From positions 3,668 through 67,667 of the forward strand of contig CACANC010000001.1 of assembly GCA_902533755.1 (NCBI GenBank): DNA of 64,000 nt. Direction: 5' to 3'. Below the pieces are notes generated by a model. That model searched no databases. It saw only the letters and a program-made list of their open reading frames with translations, and was not told where the DNA came from. Each line of letters starts with the position of its first letter. Within the stretch, counting starts at the first letter, position 1. Positions 55,050-64,000 of the stretch are shown here, one piece after another. Source of the stretch: an uncultured PS1 clade bacterium. GTDB taxonomy: Bacteria > Pseudomonadota > Alphaproteobacteria > MED-G09. Position numbers and translations under genes: made by a program.

Positions 55050-56525
55050 ATGTTTTTAATTATTGATCAAGGCACCACATCCACAAAAGTAATGCTTTTT
55101 GATTTAAGCGGTAAAAAGGTTGATTCCAGTCAAAAATCTTTTGAGCAAATTTTTCCCAATAATGGTTGGGTCGAGCACAACCCTGAAGAGATTATCAAAA
55201 CTGTAATAAGTTGTTGTAATGAGGTGATAGAAAATAATTTTGATAAAAATATTTGTTCAATTGGTATCACCAATCAGAGAGAAACAATAGTTTTATGGGA
55301 TAAAATAACTGGTAAGTCTTTATACAATGCAATTGTATGGCAAGACAGAAGAACAGAAAGCTTATGCAAGGATTTAAAAGAAGAGGGCTATGAAGAATTA
55401 ATTATTAATAAAACAGGGTTATTATTAGACCCATATTTTTCATCAACAAAAATATCCTGGATTATAAATAATATTGATGGTGTTAAAGAGGCCATAAATG
55501 AAGATAAAGTATGTGCAGGAACTATAGACTCATGGATCATTTGGCATCTTACAAAAGGTAAGGTTTTTGCTACTGATATAACTAATGCAGCAAGAACAAA
55601 CCTTTTTAATATTAAAGATTTGAAATGGGATGATGATTTATTAAATCTTTTTCAAGTAAACGAATCGATCCTTCCAGAAGTGTTGGAATCTGATGCTTTT
55701 TATGGACAGTCAGAGGCGCTTATAAAGGAATTACCAATTTATGGTGTTATAGGAGATCAGCAGTCTGCTGCAATTGGACAAAAATGCTTTAATTTTGGAG
55801 ATATTAAGTCAACTTACGGAACAGGATGCTTTATATTATTAAATACAGGTAAAAAAATTGCATATTCAAAGAATGGCCTTTTATCTACTATAGCCTATAA
55901 AATTAATGGTGAAATAACTTATGCTTTAGAGGGTTCAATTTTTATGGCTGGTGCTATAATAGATTGGTTAAAGAATAATCTACAAGTATTTGATAATTAT
56001 AATGAATTGCAAGATATACTTAATAATAATTCTATCAATACCGAAATTGTAATGGTCCCTGCTTTTACTGGTTTAGGGGCACCGCACTGGAAACCAAATA
56101 GTCGAGCATCTATTTCAGGTTTAACACGAGATTCAAACAGAAATGATATAATAACTTCATCCGTTCAATCTATTTCTTTACAAACACACGATCTTATAAA
56201 AGCTATAAATGAGGATACTAGTAACTTATTTGAAGATCCAATTAGCAACATCAAAGTTGATGGAGGCTTGACCGAAAATGACTGGTTTATTCAGAATCTT
56301 TCAGATATTTGTGATATAAAAATAAGTAAATCAAATGAACAAGAAGCGACTGCTGTTGGTGCCGCTTCATTATCAGCGCTAGGCTCAAAAGAAATTAAAA
56401 ACTTGAGTGAATTTAATGTTAATATACATGAAAATATTGAATTTCAGCCAAAAATAGAAAAACAAACAAGAAAAGAAATAATAGATAATTGGAATTTGGC
56501 TATAAATAAAGCTGTCAGTCTCTAA
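55050..56525 (+). CDS. glpK: Glycerol kinase
   Basis: IDQGTTS, GITNQRET, AIVWQDRR, LDPYFS, GDQQ, KSTYGTGCF, VDGG. Confidence 0.9.
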   Translation: MFLIIDQGTTSTKVMLFDLSGKKVDSSQKSFEQIFPNNGWVEHNPEEIIKTVISCCNEVIENNFDKNICSIGITNQRETIVLWDKITGKSLYNAIVWQDRRTESLCKDLKEEGYEELIINKTGLLLDPYFSSTKISWIINNIDGVKEAINEDKVCAGTIDSWIIWHLTKGKVFATDITNAARTNLFNIKDLKWDDDLLNLFQVNESILPEVLESDAFYGQSEALIKELPIYGVIGDQQSAAIGQKCFNFGDIKSTYGTGCFILLNTGKKIAYSKNGLLSTIAYKINGEITYALEGSIFMAGAIIDWLKNNLQVFDNYNELQDILNNNSINTEIVMVPAFTGLGAPHWKPNSRASISGLTRDSNRNDIITSSVQSISLQTHDLIKAINEDTSNLFEDPISNIKVDGGLTENDWFIQNLSDICDIKISKSNEQEATAVGAASLSALGSKEIKNLSEFNVNIHENIEFQPKIEKQTRKEIIDNWNLAINKAVSL

Positions 56526-56572
56526 TTCTAATAATGCTGGTTTTATACTTACAAAGATTGTAATATTGGATC

Positions 56573-57328
56573 ATGAATAAAAAAATTAAAGAATCAGTTA
56601 GCGAAGAGGAATGGAATGCAAGGGTAGAGCTTGCAGCTTTATATAGGTTAGTTGCTTTATATGGTTGGGATGATCTTGTTTTTACTCATATCTCTGCGCG
56701 CGTTCCATCAGAACCTGAGCACTTCTTACTTAATCCATATGGTTTATTGTTCGATGAAATTTGTGCTTCTGATTTGGTTAAAATAGATCTTGAGGGAAAT
56801 AAGGTTTCTGAAACAAATTATAATGTTAATGCAGCTGGCTTTACAATTCATTCAGCAGTTCATTCTTCAGGTTCAAATAATCACGCTGTAATTCATACAC
56901 ATTCAAATGATGGAGTTGCTGTAGCAGCTCAAGAAGATGGTCTAATGCCAATAAGTCAGCACGCTATGGTTATTAGAAATGATTGCGCATATCATGACTA
57001 TGAAGGAATTGCTCTTAATTTAGATGAAAGAGAGAGATTAATTGACGATCTCGGTGATAAGCATTGCTTAATTTTAAAAAATCACGGTCTGTTAACAACC
57101 GGTGCTACTTGTGGAGATGCTTGGCTTCGTTTATTTTTTCTTGAAAGGGCATGCACCATGCAAATTAAAGCTTTAACAGGTGGTTTGAAACTCAATCAAG
57201 TTCCGACAGATGTTGTTGAGCTAGTTACCGAACAAGGTCAAATGGCATCCGATGATGGAATAGGCCAGCTTGCATGGCCTGGCCTTTTAAGAAAATTGGA
57301 TAAAATTGACCCCAGTTATAAGAATTAA
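56573..57328 (+). CDS. Class II aldolase/adducin-family protein
   Basis: THISAR, LLNPYG, GFTIHSAVH, IHTH, LKNHG. Confidence 0.92.
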   Translation: MNKKIKESVSEEEWNARVELAALYRLVALYGWDDLVFTHISARVPSEPEHFLLNPYGLLFDEICASDLVKIDLEGNKVSETNYNVNAAGFTIHSAVHSSGSNNHAVIHTHSNDGVAVAAQEDGLMPISQHAMVIRNDCAYHDYEGIALNLDERERLIDDLGDKHCLILKNHGLLTTGATCGDAWLRLFFLERACTMQIKALTGGLKLNQVPTDVVELVTEQGQMASDDGIGQLAWPGLLRKLDKIDPSYKN

Positions 57329-57340
57329 AGAGGAGAAACA

Positions 57341-59653
57341 ATGAAATTTGCTGTAGGACAGCCTGTAACAAGGATTGAAGATACCCGTTTAATTACAGGA
57401 GAGGGTAATTATACGGATGATATCAAATTTAAAGATATGTGCCATGGTGTGTTTGTCAGATCACCTTATTCTCATGCAAAAATTTTAAATATTGATGTTG
57501 AAAGCGCTCGTAATATGCCAGGTGTAATTGATATCTTTACAAATAATACTTTCTCTGAAGCAGGTATAACTCATATGTCTGTTATTGATTTCCTTCAAAA
57601 TAAAGATGGCTCTCCTATGAATGCAAGTAAAAGACCTATACTAGCCTCAGATAGAGTAAGACATGTTGGGGATCCGGTTGTTTTTATTCTTGCTGAAACT
57701 GTTAATTTAGCTCTCGATGCTGCTGATAATGTAATAGTTGAATATGAAGAGTTACCGTGTAATTCAGATACCGCCAAAGCACTTAAAGATGAATCACCAA
57801 AACTTTTCGATGAATTTGAAACTAATTGTGCAGTTGACTGGGGTTTGGGTTCGGATGAAGGATGGAAAAAAGTTGAATCAAATGCGCATCATGTTTCTCA
57901 TGTTCATCTTATTAATAATAGAATTGTTGTTAACCCCATTGAACCAAGGTCTGCAGTATCAATCTTCAATAAAACCGATGGAAAATTTAAAATGCATGTT
58001 GAAAGCCAAGGTCCTCACGCCATGAGAGAAAGGCTTGCTAATACGCTTAATATTAAAGAAGAAGACATTCAAGTTATAACTAAAGATGTTGGCGGAGGAT
58101 TTGGTTTAAAGATGATGTGTTTTCCAGAATACATTGCTGTAATGCACGCTAGTAAAATTTTATCAAGACCTGTTAAATGGACCGCAACAAGATCAGAGTC
58201 TTTTTTAAGTGATGCACAGGGCAGAGACCATGTTACCGATGCATATTTAGCTATGGATAAAGAAGGAAAATTTCTTGGTGTAAAGGTTGAGACCACAGCT
58301 TCTGTTGGGGCTTATTTATCTCAATATGGCATTTTTATTCCTACTCTCGCAGCAGCTGGAATGCATGTAGGTGTATATAATATTCCTGTCATGGTTAATA
58401 ATGTTAAAGTTGTATATACAAACACTGTCCCTATTGATGCGTATAGAGGAGCAGGTAGACCAGAAGCAAGTTATGTTATTGAGAGATTAGTTGATCAAGC
58501 CGCCCGTGATATGTCACTGGGTCAAATAGAGATTAGAAAATTGAATTATGTCCAACCTTCTGATTTAGGTAATACTGAGGACCCCGTTATTCCTTTTGAT
58601 AGTTGTGATTTTGACAAAACAACCAACATGACTTTATTAAACTCATCTTTTGAGGATTTCGAAAAAAGACAGAAAAAATCTTTAGATGAAAATAAACTTC
58701 GCGGTATCGGTGTATCTTATTATGTTGAAAGAACTCAGGGAGAGGGGTCTGAAGATTCAAGAATAATTGTCTCAAGTGATGGCAAGGTAAATGTTTATAC
58801 GGGTACAATGGCAACAGGTCAAGGACATGAAACTGCATGGACACAGATTGTTGTTGAGAAATTAGGCGTTAACCCTGAAGATGTATCTATTCATTTTGGT
58901 GATAGTGAAGATCTGCCAAGCGGAGGTGGAACGGGCGGATCAAAATCATTGTATTTTGCTGCTGGCGCAATTAATGAGGCATCCGATGATGTTTTAAAAA
59001 AGGGAATTGAAATCGCTGCTGCAGAACTAGAGGCTTCTCTTGATGAAATAGAATATTCAACTGAATCTGGCCCTCTTTTTCAAGTACAAGGCACCAATAG
59101 AAATATTGATTTATTTACCGTAGCTAAAATTGCTGAAAACCAATCTAATACTCAAATGTTGGATGGAGCTAGTTCATATGAGCATAAAGACCCAACCTAT
59201 CCGAATGGTTGTCATATTTGTGAAGTGGAGGTAGATAAAGATACAGGAAATATAGAAATCATAAATTATCACGCCACAGATGATTTTGGAAAAATTATTA
59301 ATCCTCTTTTAGTTGCAGGCCAAGTTCATGGAGGTATTGTTCAGGGCTTAGGACAGGCAATGTGTGAGCATGCTATATATGAAGAGGAAACTGGGCAACT
59401 TTTAAACGGTTCATATATGGACTATCAAATGCCAAGAGCTGATGATTTTCCTGACTTTAATATTGATTTTAATGAAGAGGCAGAATGTACAACAAATTTA
59501 TTGGGAGCTAAAGGTTGTGGTGAAGCTGGAACTGTTGCCTCAACAACAGCTTATGTTAATGCAATCATAAACGCTTTAGAAGGTTTTGATACAAAGAAAC
59601 TTAATATGCCAATTACAGCGCAAAAAGTATGGGGGATTATAAATAATGCTTAA
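57341..59653 (+). CDS. Xanthine dehydrogenase-family molybdopterin-binding large subunit (CoxL/CutL-like)
   Basis: RIEDTRLITGEGNYTDD, DVGGGFG, AYRGAGRPEA, GQGHET, GQVHGG, GAKGCGEAG. Confidence 0.92.
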   Translation: MKFAVGQPVTRIEDTRLITGEGNYTDDIKFKDMCHGVFVRSPYSHAKILNIDVESARNMPGVIDIFTNNTFSEAGITHMSVIDFLQNKDGSPMNASKRPILASDRVRHVGDPVVFILAETVNLALDAADNVIVEYEELPCNSDTAKALKDESPKLFDEFETNCAVDWGLGSDEGWKKVESNAHHVSHVHLINNRIVVNPIEPRSAVSIFNKTDGKFKMHVESQGPHAMRERLANTLNIKEEDIQVITKDVGGGFGLKMMCFPEYIAVMHASKILSRPVKWTATRSESFLSDAQGRDHVTDAYLAMDKEGKFLGVKVETTASVGAYLSQYGIFIPTLAAAGMHVGVYNIPVMVNNVKVVYTNTVPIDAYRGAGRPEASYVIERLVDQAARDMSLGQIEIRKLNYVQPSDLGNTEDPVIPFDSCDFDKTTNMTLLNSSFEDFEKRQKKSLDENKLRGIGVSYYVERTQGEGSEDSRIIVSSDGKVNVYTGTMATGQGHETAWTQIVVEKLGVNPEDVSIHFGDSEDLPSGGGTGGSKSLYFAAGAINEASDDVLKKGIEIAAAELEASLDEIEYSTESGPLFQVQGTNRNIDLFTVAKIAENQSNTQMLDGASSYEHKDPTYPNGCHICEVEVDKDTGNIEIINYHATDDFGKIINPLLVAGQVHGGIVQGLGQAMCEHAIYEEETGQLLNGSYMDYQMPRADDFPDFNIDFNEEAECTTNLLGAKGCGEAGTVASTTAYVNAIINALEGFDTKKLNMPITAQKVWGIINNA

Positions 59654-60905
59654 AGAACTTCTTCGTCCAGATGTTTGGAGCCCAGAAATGGATCCTTATT
59701 CAATACCTATAGAAAAAATTGATATGGCAAATGCTGATATCTTTATGTACGGAGATGCAATTTTTCCATTATTTGAAAGATTAAGAAATGAAGACCCAGT
59801 TCATTATTGCGCTGAATCATGTGTTGAGGATGTTGGACCTTATTGGTCAATAACTAAATACAAGGATATAATGAGTGTTGATACTAACCATAAAGTTTTT
59901 TCATCAGAAGGAGCTATAACTATATTTGATCCTCAAGAAGATTTTACTACCCCAATGTTTATTGCAATGGATCCACCTAAACATGATATTCAAAGAAAAG
60001 CTGTTAACCCGGTTGTTGCTCCAAATAATCTTGCTAATATGGAAGATCTTATTAGAGAGAGAACCGCTGAGGTTTTAGATGGTCTTCCAAGAAATAAAGA
60101 ATTTAATTGGGTAGAGGACGTTTCTATTGAGTTAACAACAAGAATGTTAGCTACTTTATTTGATTTTCCTTTTGAAGACAGGATGAAACTCACAAGATGG
60201 TCTGATGTTTCTACTGCTAGGCCAGGTGATGGAATAGTTGAAACAGAAGAACAAAGAAAAGAAGAATTATTTGAGTGTCTTCAATATTTTACTAAATTAT
60301 GGAATGAAAGAGTTAATTCTGAGCCTAAAACTGACTTAATTTCTATGCTAGCGCATAATCCAAGTACGCGTGATATGGATCCTATGGAGTATTTAGGTAA
60401 TTTGATACTTTTAATTGTTGGGGGCAATGATACAACAAGAAACTCTATGACAGGTGGTATTTTGGTTTTAAATCAAAATCCTGATCAATATGATAAATTA
60501 AGAAAAGATCATTCTTTAATTAAAACTATGGTTCCTGAGATAATTAGATGGCAGACACCCCTTGCTTATATGAGGCGAACAGCCCTTGAAGATTATGAGT
60601 TGGGAGGAAAATTAATTAAAAAAGGTGACAAAGTTGTGATGTGGTATGTATCAGGAAACAGAGATGAGGATGTAATTGAAAATCCTGACAGCTTTATAAT
60701 TGATAGGGAAAGACCAAGAAACCATCTCTCATATGGTTTTGGAATTCACAGATGTGTTGGTAATAGATTAGCTGATATGCAGTTAGAAATTTTGTGGGAA
60801 GAAATAATGAAAAGATTTGAAAATATTGAAGTTGTTGGTGAACCAACTAGAATTAGATCAAGTTTTGTGAAAGGTTTTTCTCACCTTCCTGTTATTATTA
60901 GATAA
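59646..60905 (+). CDS. Cytochrome P450, CYP153-type alkane/fatty-acid omega-hydroxylase
   Basis: CYP153 signatures MFIAMDPPKHDIQR, NLILLIVGGNDTTRNS, EIIRWQTPLAYMRR, HLSYGFGIHRCVG. Confidence 0.9.
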   Translation: MLKELLRPDVWSPEMDPYSIPIEKIDMANADIFMYGDAIFPLFERLRNEDPVHYCAESCVEDVGPYWSITKYKDIMSVDTNHKVFSSEGAITIFDPQEDFTTPMFIAMDPPKHDIQRKAVNPVVAPNNLANMEDLIRERTAEVLDGLPRNKEFNWVEDVSIELTTRMLATLFDFPFEDRMKLTRWSDVSTARPGDGIVETEEQRKEELFECLQYFTKLWNERVNSEPKTDLISMLAHNPSTRDMDPMEYLGNLILLIVGGNDTTRNSMTGGILVLNQNPDQYDKLRKDHSLIKTMVPEIIRWQTPLAYMRRTALEDYELGGKLIKKGDKVVMWYVSGNRDEDVIENPDSFIIDRERPRNHLSYGFGIHRCVGNRLADMQLEILWEEIMKRFENIEVVGEPTRIRSSFVKGFSHLPVIIR

Positions 60906-60909
60906 TTTT

Positions 60910-61386
60910 ATGCTTGATAAAGCAAATAAAAACCTCAGAAGTATTTTTAGTAAGTTTGTTACTGGTGTAACAGCAGTTACTTTTAAAAGTTCCAATGGCT
61001 TAAATCTCGGTATCACAGTAAATTCATATACTTCATTATCTCTCGATCCACCTTTGATTTTATGGTGCCTAGATAAAAACTCTGATTTGTATGAAGAAAT
61101 AATTAACTTAGATGATTATATAATTAATTTTTTATCTGAAGAGCAAAGAGATTTAGCAAATTCTCTTGCACAAAAAAATGATCACATACTAAATGAGAAC
61201 CAATTTACTTCTATTGATAAGGGTTTGGTTATAAAGGACTCTATAGGTTGGTTATCTTGCTCGAAAAACCAAATAATTGATTCTGGTGACCACTCAATTT
61301 TGATAGCTGATGTCAATGAATCAGAAATAAGTGATGGTTACCCCCTTGTATTTTGGGGAAGTGGCTATAGATCTCTTGTAAGGTAA
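60910..61386 (+). CDS. Flavin reductase (HpaC/DIM6 family)
   Basis: FVTGVTAVT, GITVNSYTSLSLDPPL, GDH, PLVFW. Confidence 0.92.
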   Translation: MLDKANKNLRSIFSKFVTGVTAVTFKSSNGLNLGITVNSYTSLSLDPPLILWCLDKNSDLYEEIINLDDYIINFLSEEQRDLANSLAQKNDHILNENQFTSIDKGLVIKDSIGWLSCSKNQIIDSGDHSILIADVNESEISDGYPLVFWGSGYRSLVR

Positions 61387-61391
61387 ATCTA

Positions 61392-61850
61392 GTGTTGTTT
61401 TTACAATCTCATGTTAACAGAATAGTAAAAGTACCAAAAGAATATTTTTGGAAGCGATTAAGGGCCTTTGATAAGATTCAAACACTTTTACCTAGAACAA
61501 TTAAAGAGGTAAAAATTCCAGATAATTTTTCTAATTCTCCAGGTGATGTAAGGTATGTTTATCTTGAGAAAGTTTATCAAGGTGAAGTTATAGAAAGATT
61601 AGATGGAATTATAAAAGAAAAGTATATGTCTTATTCAGTTATTGATAAATCATGTCTACCAGTTGAAAATTATGTTTCTAATGTAAATATAAAACAAGCA
61701 AGTCAAAATTGTACTGAAGTTAATTGGTACGGTCATTTTAAAGCGGAAAAAAAGCATAAAGATGAAACAGTAAACATGTTTAAATTTAATTATAATCTTA
61801 TTTGTGACAACATGGAAAAACAATTTAATGAAGAGAAATCAGAAGTATAA
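61392..61850 (+). CDS. SRPBCC/START-like (polyketide cyclase 2) protein, paralog A
   Basis: GTG start; W..LRAF, GDVR, ERLD, SY, LPVENY, VNW pattern; similar to the next ORF. Confidence 0.65.
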   Translation: MLFLQSHVNRIVKVPKEYFWKRLRAFDKIQTLLPRTIKEVKIPDNFSNSPGDVRYVYLEKVYQGEVIERLDGIIKEKYMSYSVIDKSCLPVENYVSNVNIKQASQNCTEVNWYGHFKAEKKHKDETVNMFKFNYNLICDNMEKQFNEEKSEV

Positions 61851-61859
61851 TTTAATAAT

Positions 61860-62321
61860 TTGGGTAGGGCTATATTTAAAGAAACAAAAGTAGAGAGGGT
61901 GGTCAATGTTCCTAAGAATTATTTTTGGGATAGGATTAGAGCATTTGGAGAAATTAAAACACTCTTACCTGAAAATCTTCTTGAGGTAAAACTTCCTGAG
62001 GATTTTTCTAACACTATTGGAGATTTAAGATCAGTTTATTTAGGCGATCCTTATCCAGGTGAGGTTATTGAAAGACTTGATGGTGTTGAAGAGGGATTGT
62101 CACTTACATACTCAATCATTGATGAATCATGTTTACCTGTTTCAAATTATGTAGCATGCGTAAACTTAAAAGATTTTTCATCAACCGAGACTGCTGTTTC
62201 ATGGTGTGGTCATTTTGTTGGTGATGGAAAGACAGAAGATGAAATCGCAGATTTATTGGAAGCTTTATACAACTTAATTCTCAATAATATTGAGGATCAA
62301 TATAAGAAATCTCAAAGTTAG
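61860..62321 (+). CDS. SRPBCC/START-like protein, paralog B
   Basis: TTG start; WDRIRAF, GDLR, GEVIERLDG, SCLPVSNY, VSW. Confidence 0.65.
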   Translation: MGRAIFKETKVERVVNVPKNYFWDRIRAFGEIKTLLPENLLEVKLPEDFSNTIGDLRSVYLGDPYPGEVIERLDGVEEGLSLTYSIIDESCLPVSNYVACVNLKDFSSTETAVSWCGHFVGDGKTEDEIADLLEALYNLILNNIEDQYKKSQS

Positions 62322-62326
62322 TTAAT

Positions 62327-63355
62327 ATGGCAATCGATAATTATGAATTTCAAAATATAAAATCTTTTTTAAAAAAAAATAATTTTATCTTATCTAATGA
62401 TTTACCAAGAAAAGTTGGCAATGGTCAGTCAAATCCAACTTATATATTGACAGATAATGAAAATAAAAAATTTATTTTACGAACTCAACCTAAAGGTGAT
62501 CTAGTGAGAGGCGCTCATAGGTTAGATCGTGAATTTCATGTTTTAAGAGGTCTTAGTAATCAGAAATTTAGCGTACCAAAACCAATATTAATTTGTGACG
62601 ATAAATCAACAATCGGTAGAGATTTTTATATAATGGACTTTATTGATGGAGATATTTACGAAGATCCTTTCCTTCCTGATAATAAGCCTAAAGAAAGAAA
62701 AAAAATTTACGAAAGCTTAGCAAATACTCTTGGCCAACTTCATAGTTATAATATTAATGAGTTAGATATACCCTTTAAAAAGAATAATGGCTTTATGATA
62801 AGAAATTTAAATATTTGGTATAACCAAATTTTTCATGATGGCTACCAAGATAAAGATATTTCAAAGATATATGATTTTATAATTAAAAATACTCCTGAAA
62901 ATAATAATTTATGCTTAATTCATGGAGATTATAAATTAGATAATTTAGTAATAGGCAGTAATTCAAAATGTTTGGCTGTTCTAGATTGGGAGTTATCTGC
63001 ATTTGGAGAACCTGAGGTTGATTTAAGTTTTCAAATGATCAATTGGTTAATTCCTAGGGGTGTTTTATATGGTATTGGATTAGAGTGGGAATCTTATCAT
63101 ATACCTTCTGCTGAAGATTTTCTTAATTCTTATGAGAAAACTTATGGAAAAATGGTTAATATAGAGCTCCTTAATATTTATTGTTTGTTCTCCTTAATAA
63201 AGCTCTACTGCATTCTCAAAGGTATAGAAAATAGAATAAAAGCTGGAAATGCTGCATCGGCAGAGGCTAGCGATAAAGTAAAAGATGCATTAGGTATTAA
63301 AGATGTGCTTATGTTGGCCTATCAAGATTATCCAAACAATATGATAGTTAGTTAA
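62327..63355 (+). CDS. APH-family phosphotransferase (ACAD10/11 N-terminal-like)
   Basis: GQSNPTY, AHRLDRE, HGDYKLDN, VLDWELS. Confidence 0.88.
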   Translation: MAIDNYEFQNIKSFLKKNNFILSNDLPRKVGNGQSNPTYILTDNENKKFILRTQPKGDLVRGAHRLDREFHVLRGLSNQKFSVPKPILICDDKSTIGRDFYIMDFIDGDIYEDPFLPDNKPKERKKIYESLANTLGQLHSYNINELDIPFKKNNGFMIRNLNIWYNQIFHDGYQDKDISKIYDFIIKNTPENNNLCLIHGDYKLDNLVIGSNSKCLAVLDWELSAFGEPEVDLSFQMINWLIPRGVLYGIGLEWESYHIPSAEDFLNSYEKTYGKMVNIELLNIYCLFSLIKLYCILKGIENRIKAGNAASAEASDKVKDALGIKDVLMLAYQDYPNNMIVS

Positions 63356-63365
63356 CCTTGATTAT

Positions 63366-64000
63366 TTAGCTAAAAGATAGTTCAGGAAAATCATTATCTA
63401 CAGACTCTCTTAAACGGTCATAATATACCCCAGCTCCACCAAAATATATTAGTACTCTGGAGTTTCTATTTTCGATATTTGCGCCCATCATCCATGAATT
63501 TACCTCGTCACCAACATTCATGAGTGTTTGTTCATGAACCTCTTTGACATGGGCTGACCATTCTCTCTCAGCTTCTAAAAGGGGATTACAGAGTTTGTAT
63601 CCTTCTTTTTCCATTTTATTGATACAATCAGATATCCATAAACAATTTTGTTCAATTGAAGTAGGAAGATTTGCAAAAGGAGCTTGCGGCCCAGTAATTG
63701 TAAATAAATTTGGAAAATCAGAAATGCATACGCCCATTATAGATTTTGACTCATTCTCCCATTTTTCTCTTATAGACTCACCGCTTTGACCAATAATATC
63801 GAATGCCTCAAGTGCACCTGTATAAGCTTGAAAACCTGTAGCTAAAATAATGATATCAAATTCATATTCATTTATATTTGTTTTAATACCATTTTCTGTA
63901 AAATGAGATATTGGCTCTCTATCTTTAATATCTACTAGATGAACATTATCTCTATTAAAGGCTTCATAAAATCCATGATCAAGTGGAGGTCTTTTAGCGA
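63366..64000 (-). CDS. Baeyer-Villiger monooxygenase (5'-truncated by window edge)
   Basis: The frame stays open to the window end: AKRPPLDHGFYEAFNRDNVHLVD, DIIILATGF, FPNLFTITGPQAP, SWMMGANI. Confidence 0.9.
   Translation of the reverse strand, partial: AKRPPLDHGFYEAFNRDNVHLVDIKDREPISHFTENGIKTNINEYEFDIIILATGFQAYTGALEAFDIIGQSGESIREKWENESKSIMGVCISDFPNLFTITGPQAPFANLPTSIEQNCLWISDCINKMEKEGYKLCNPLLEAEREWSAHVKEVHEQTLMNVGDEVNSWMMGANIENRNSRVLIYFGGAGVYYDRLRESVDNDFPELSFS

Noticed and set aside
57341..59653. True aerobic CO dehydrogenase (form I CoxL)
   Set aside because: The active-site loop is AYRGAGR, not AYxCSFR, and coxS/coxM are not adjacent

Overview
AT-rich, very gene-dense chromosomal window from what looks like a streamlined, probably marine alphaproteobacterium. 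The assignment is inferred from the alpha-type recA SOS box, zinc-free DksA, purC-purS-purQ-purL-bolA-grxD order and cysE-DUF3126 pair. Most of the window is housekeeping (ilv/leu, mreB-mrdA-rodA, recA, alaS, icd, rpsD, pur genes, map, tRNA-Leu, cysS, thrS), mixed with genes for hydrophobic substrates: three P450s including a CYP153 type, a steroid 5-alpha-reductase, a BVMO, two START/SRPBCC proteins and a CoA transferase. Two signals stand out. (1) Two diverged ~230-nt structured non-coding RNA genes lie in inverted orientation around yidD-thrS. Each has two perfect DnaA boxes at identical spacing upstream of a sigma70-like promoter, and each ends in an intrinsic terminator. (2) A four-gene cluster resembles the mycobacterial 3-O-methylmannose polysaccharide (MMP) pathway (manT, 3-O-methyltransferase, mmpH, meT1). 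Also noted: an unannotated Leu-rich leuA leader peptide, an elongasome operon without mreC/mreD, phnC-phnE-phnE without phnD, an apparently chimeric ThrRS, and a GC-rich divergent class IV aminotransferase. No mobile elements or CRISPR arrays were seen. All homology calls come from recalled motifs, not database searches.
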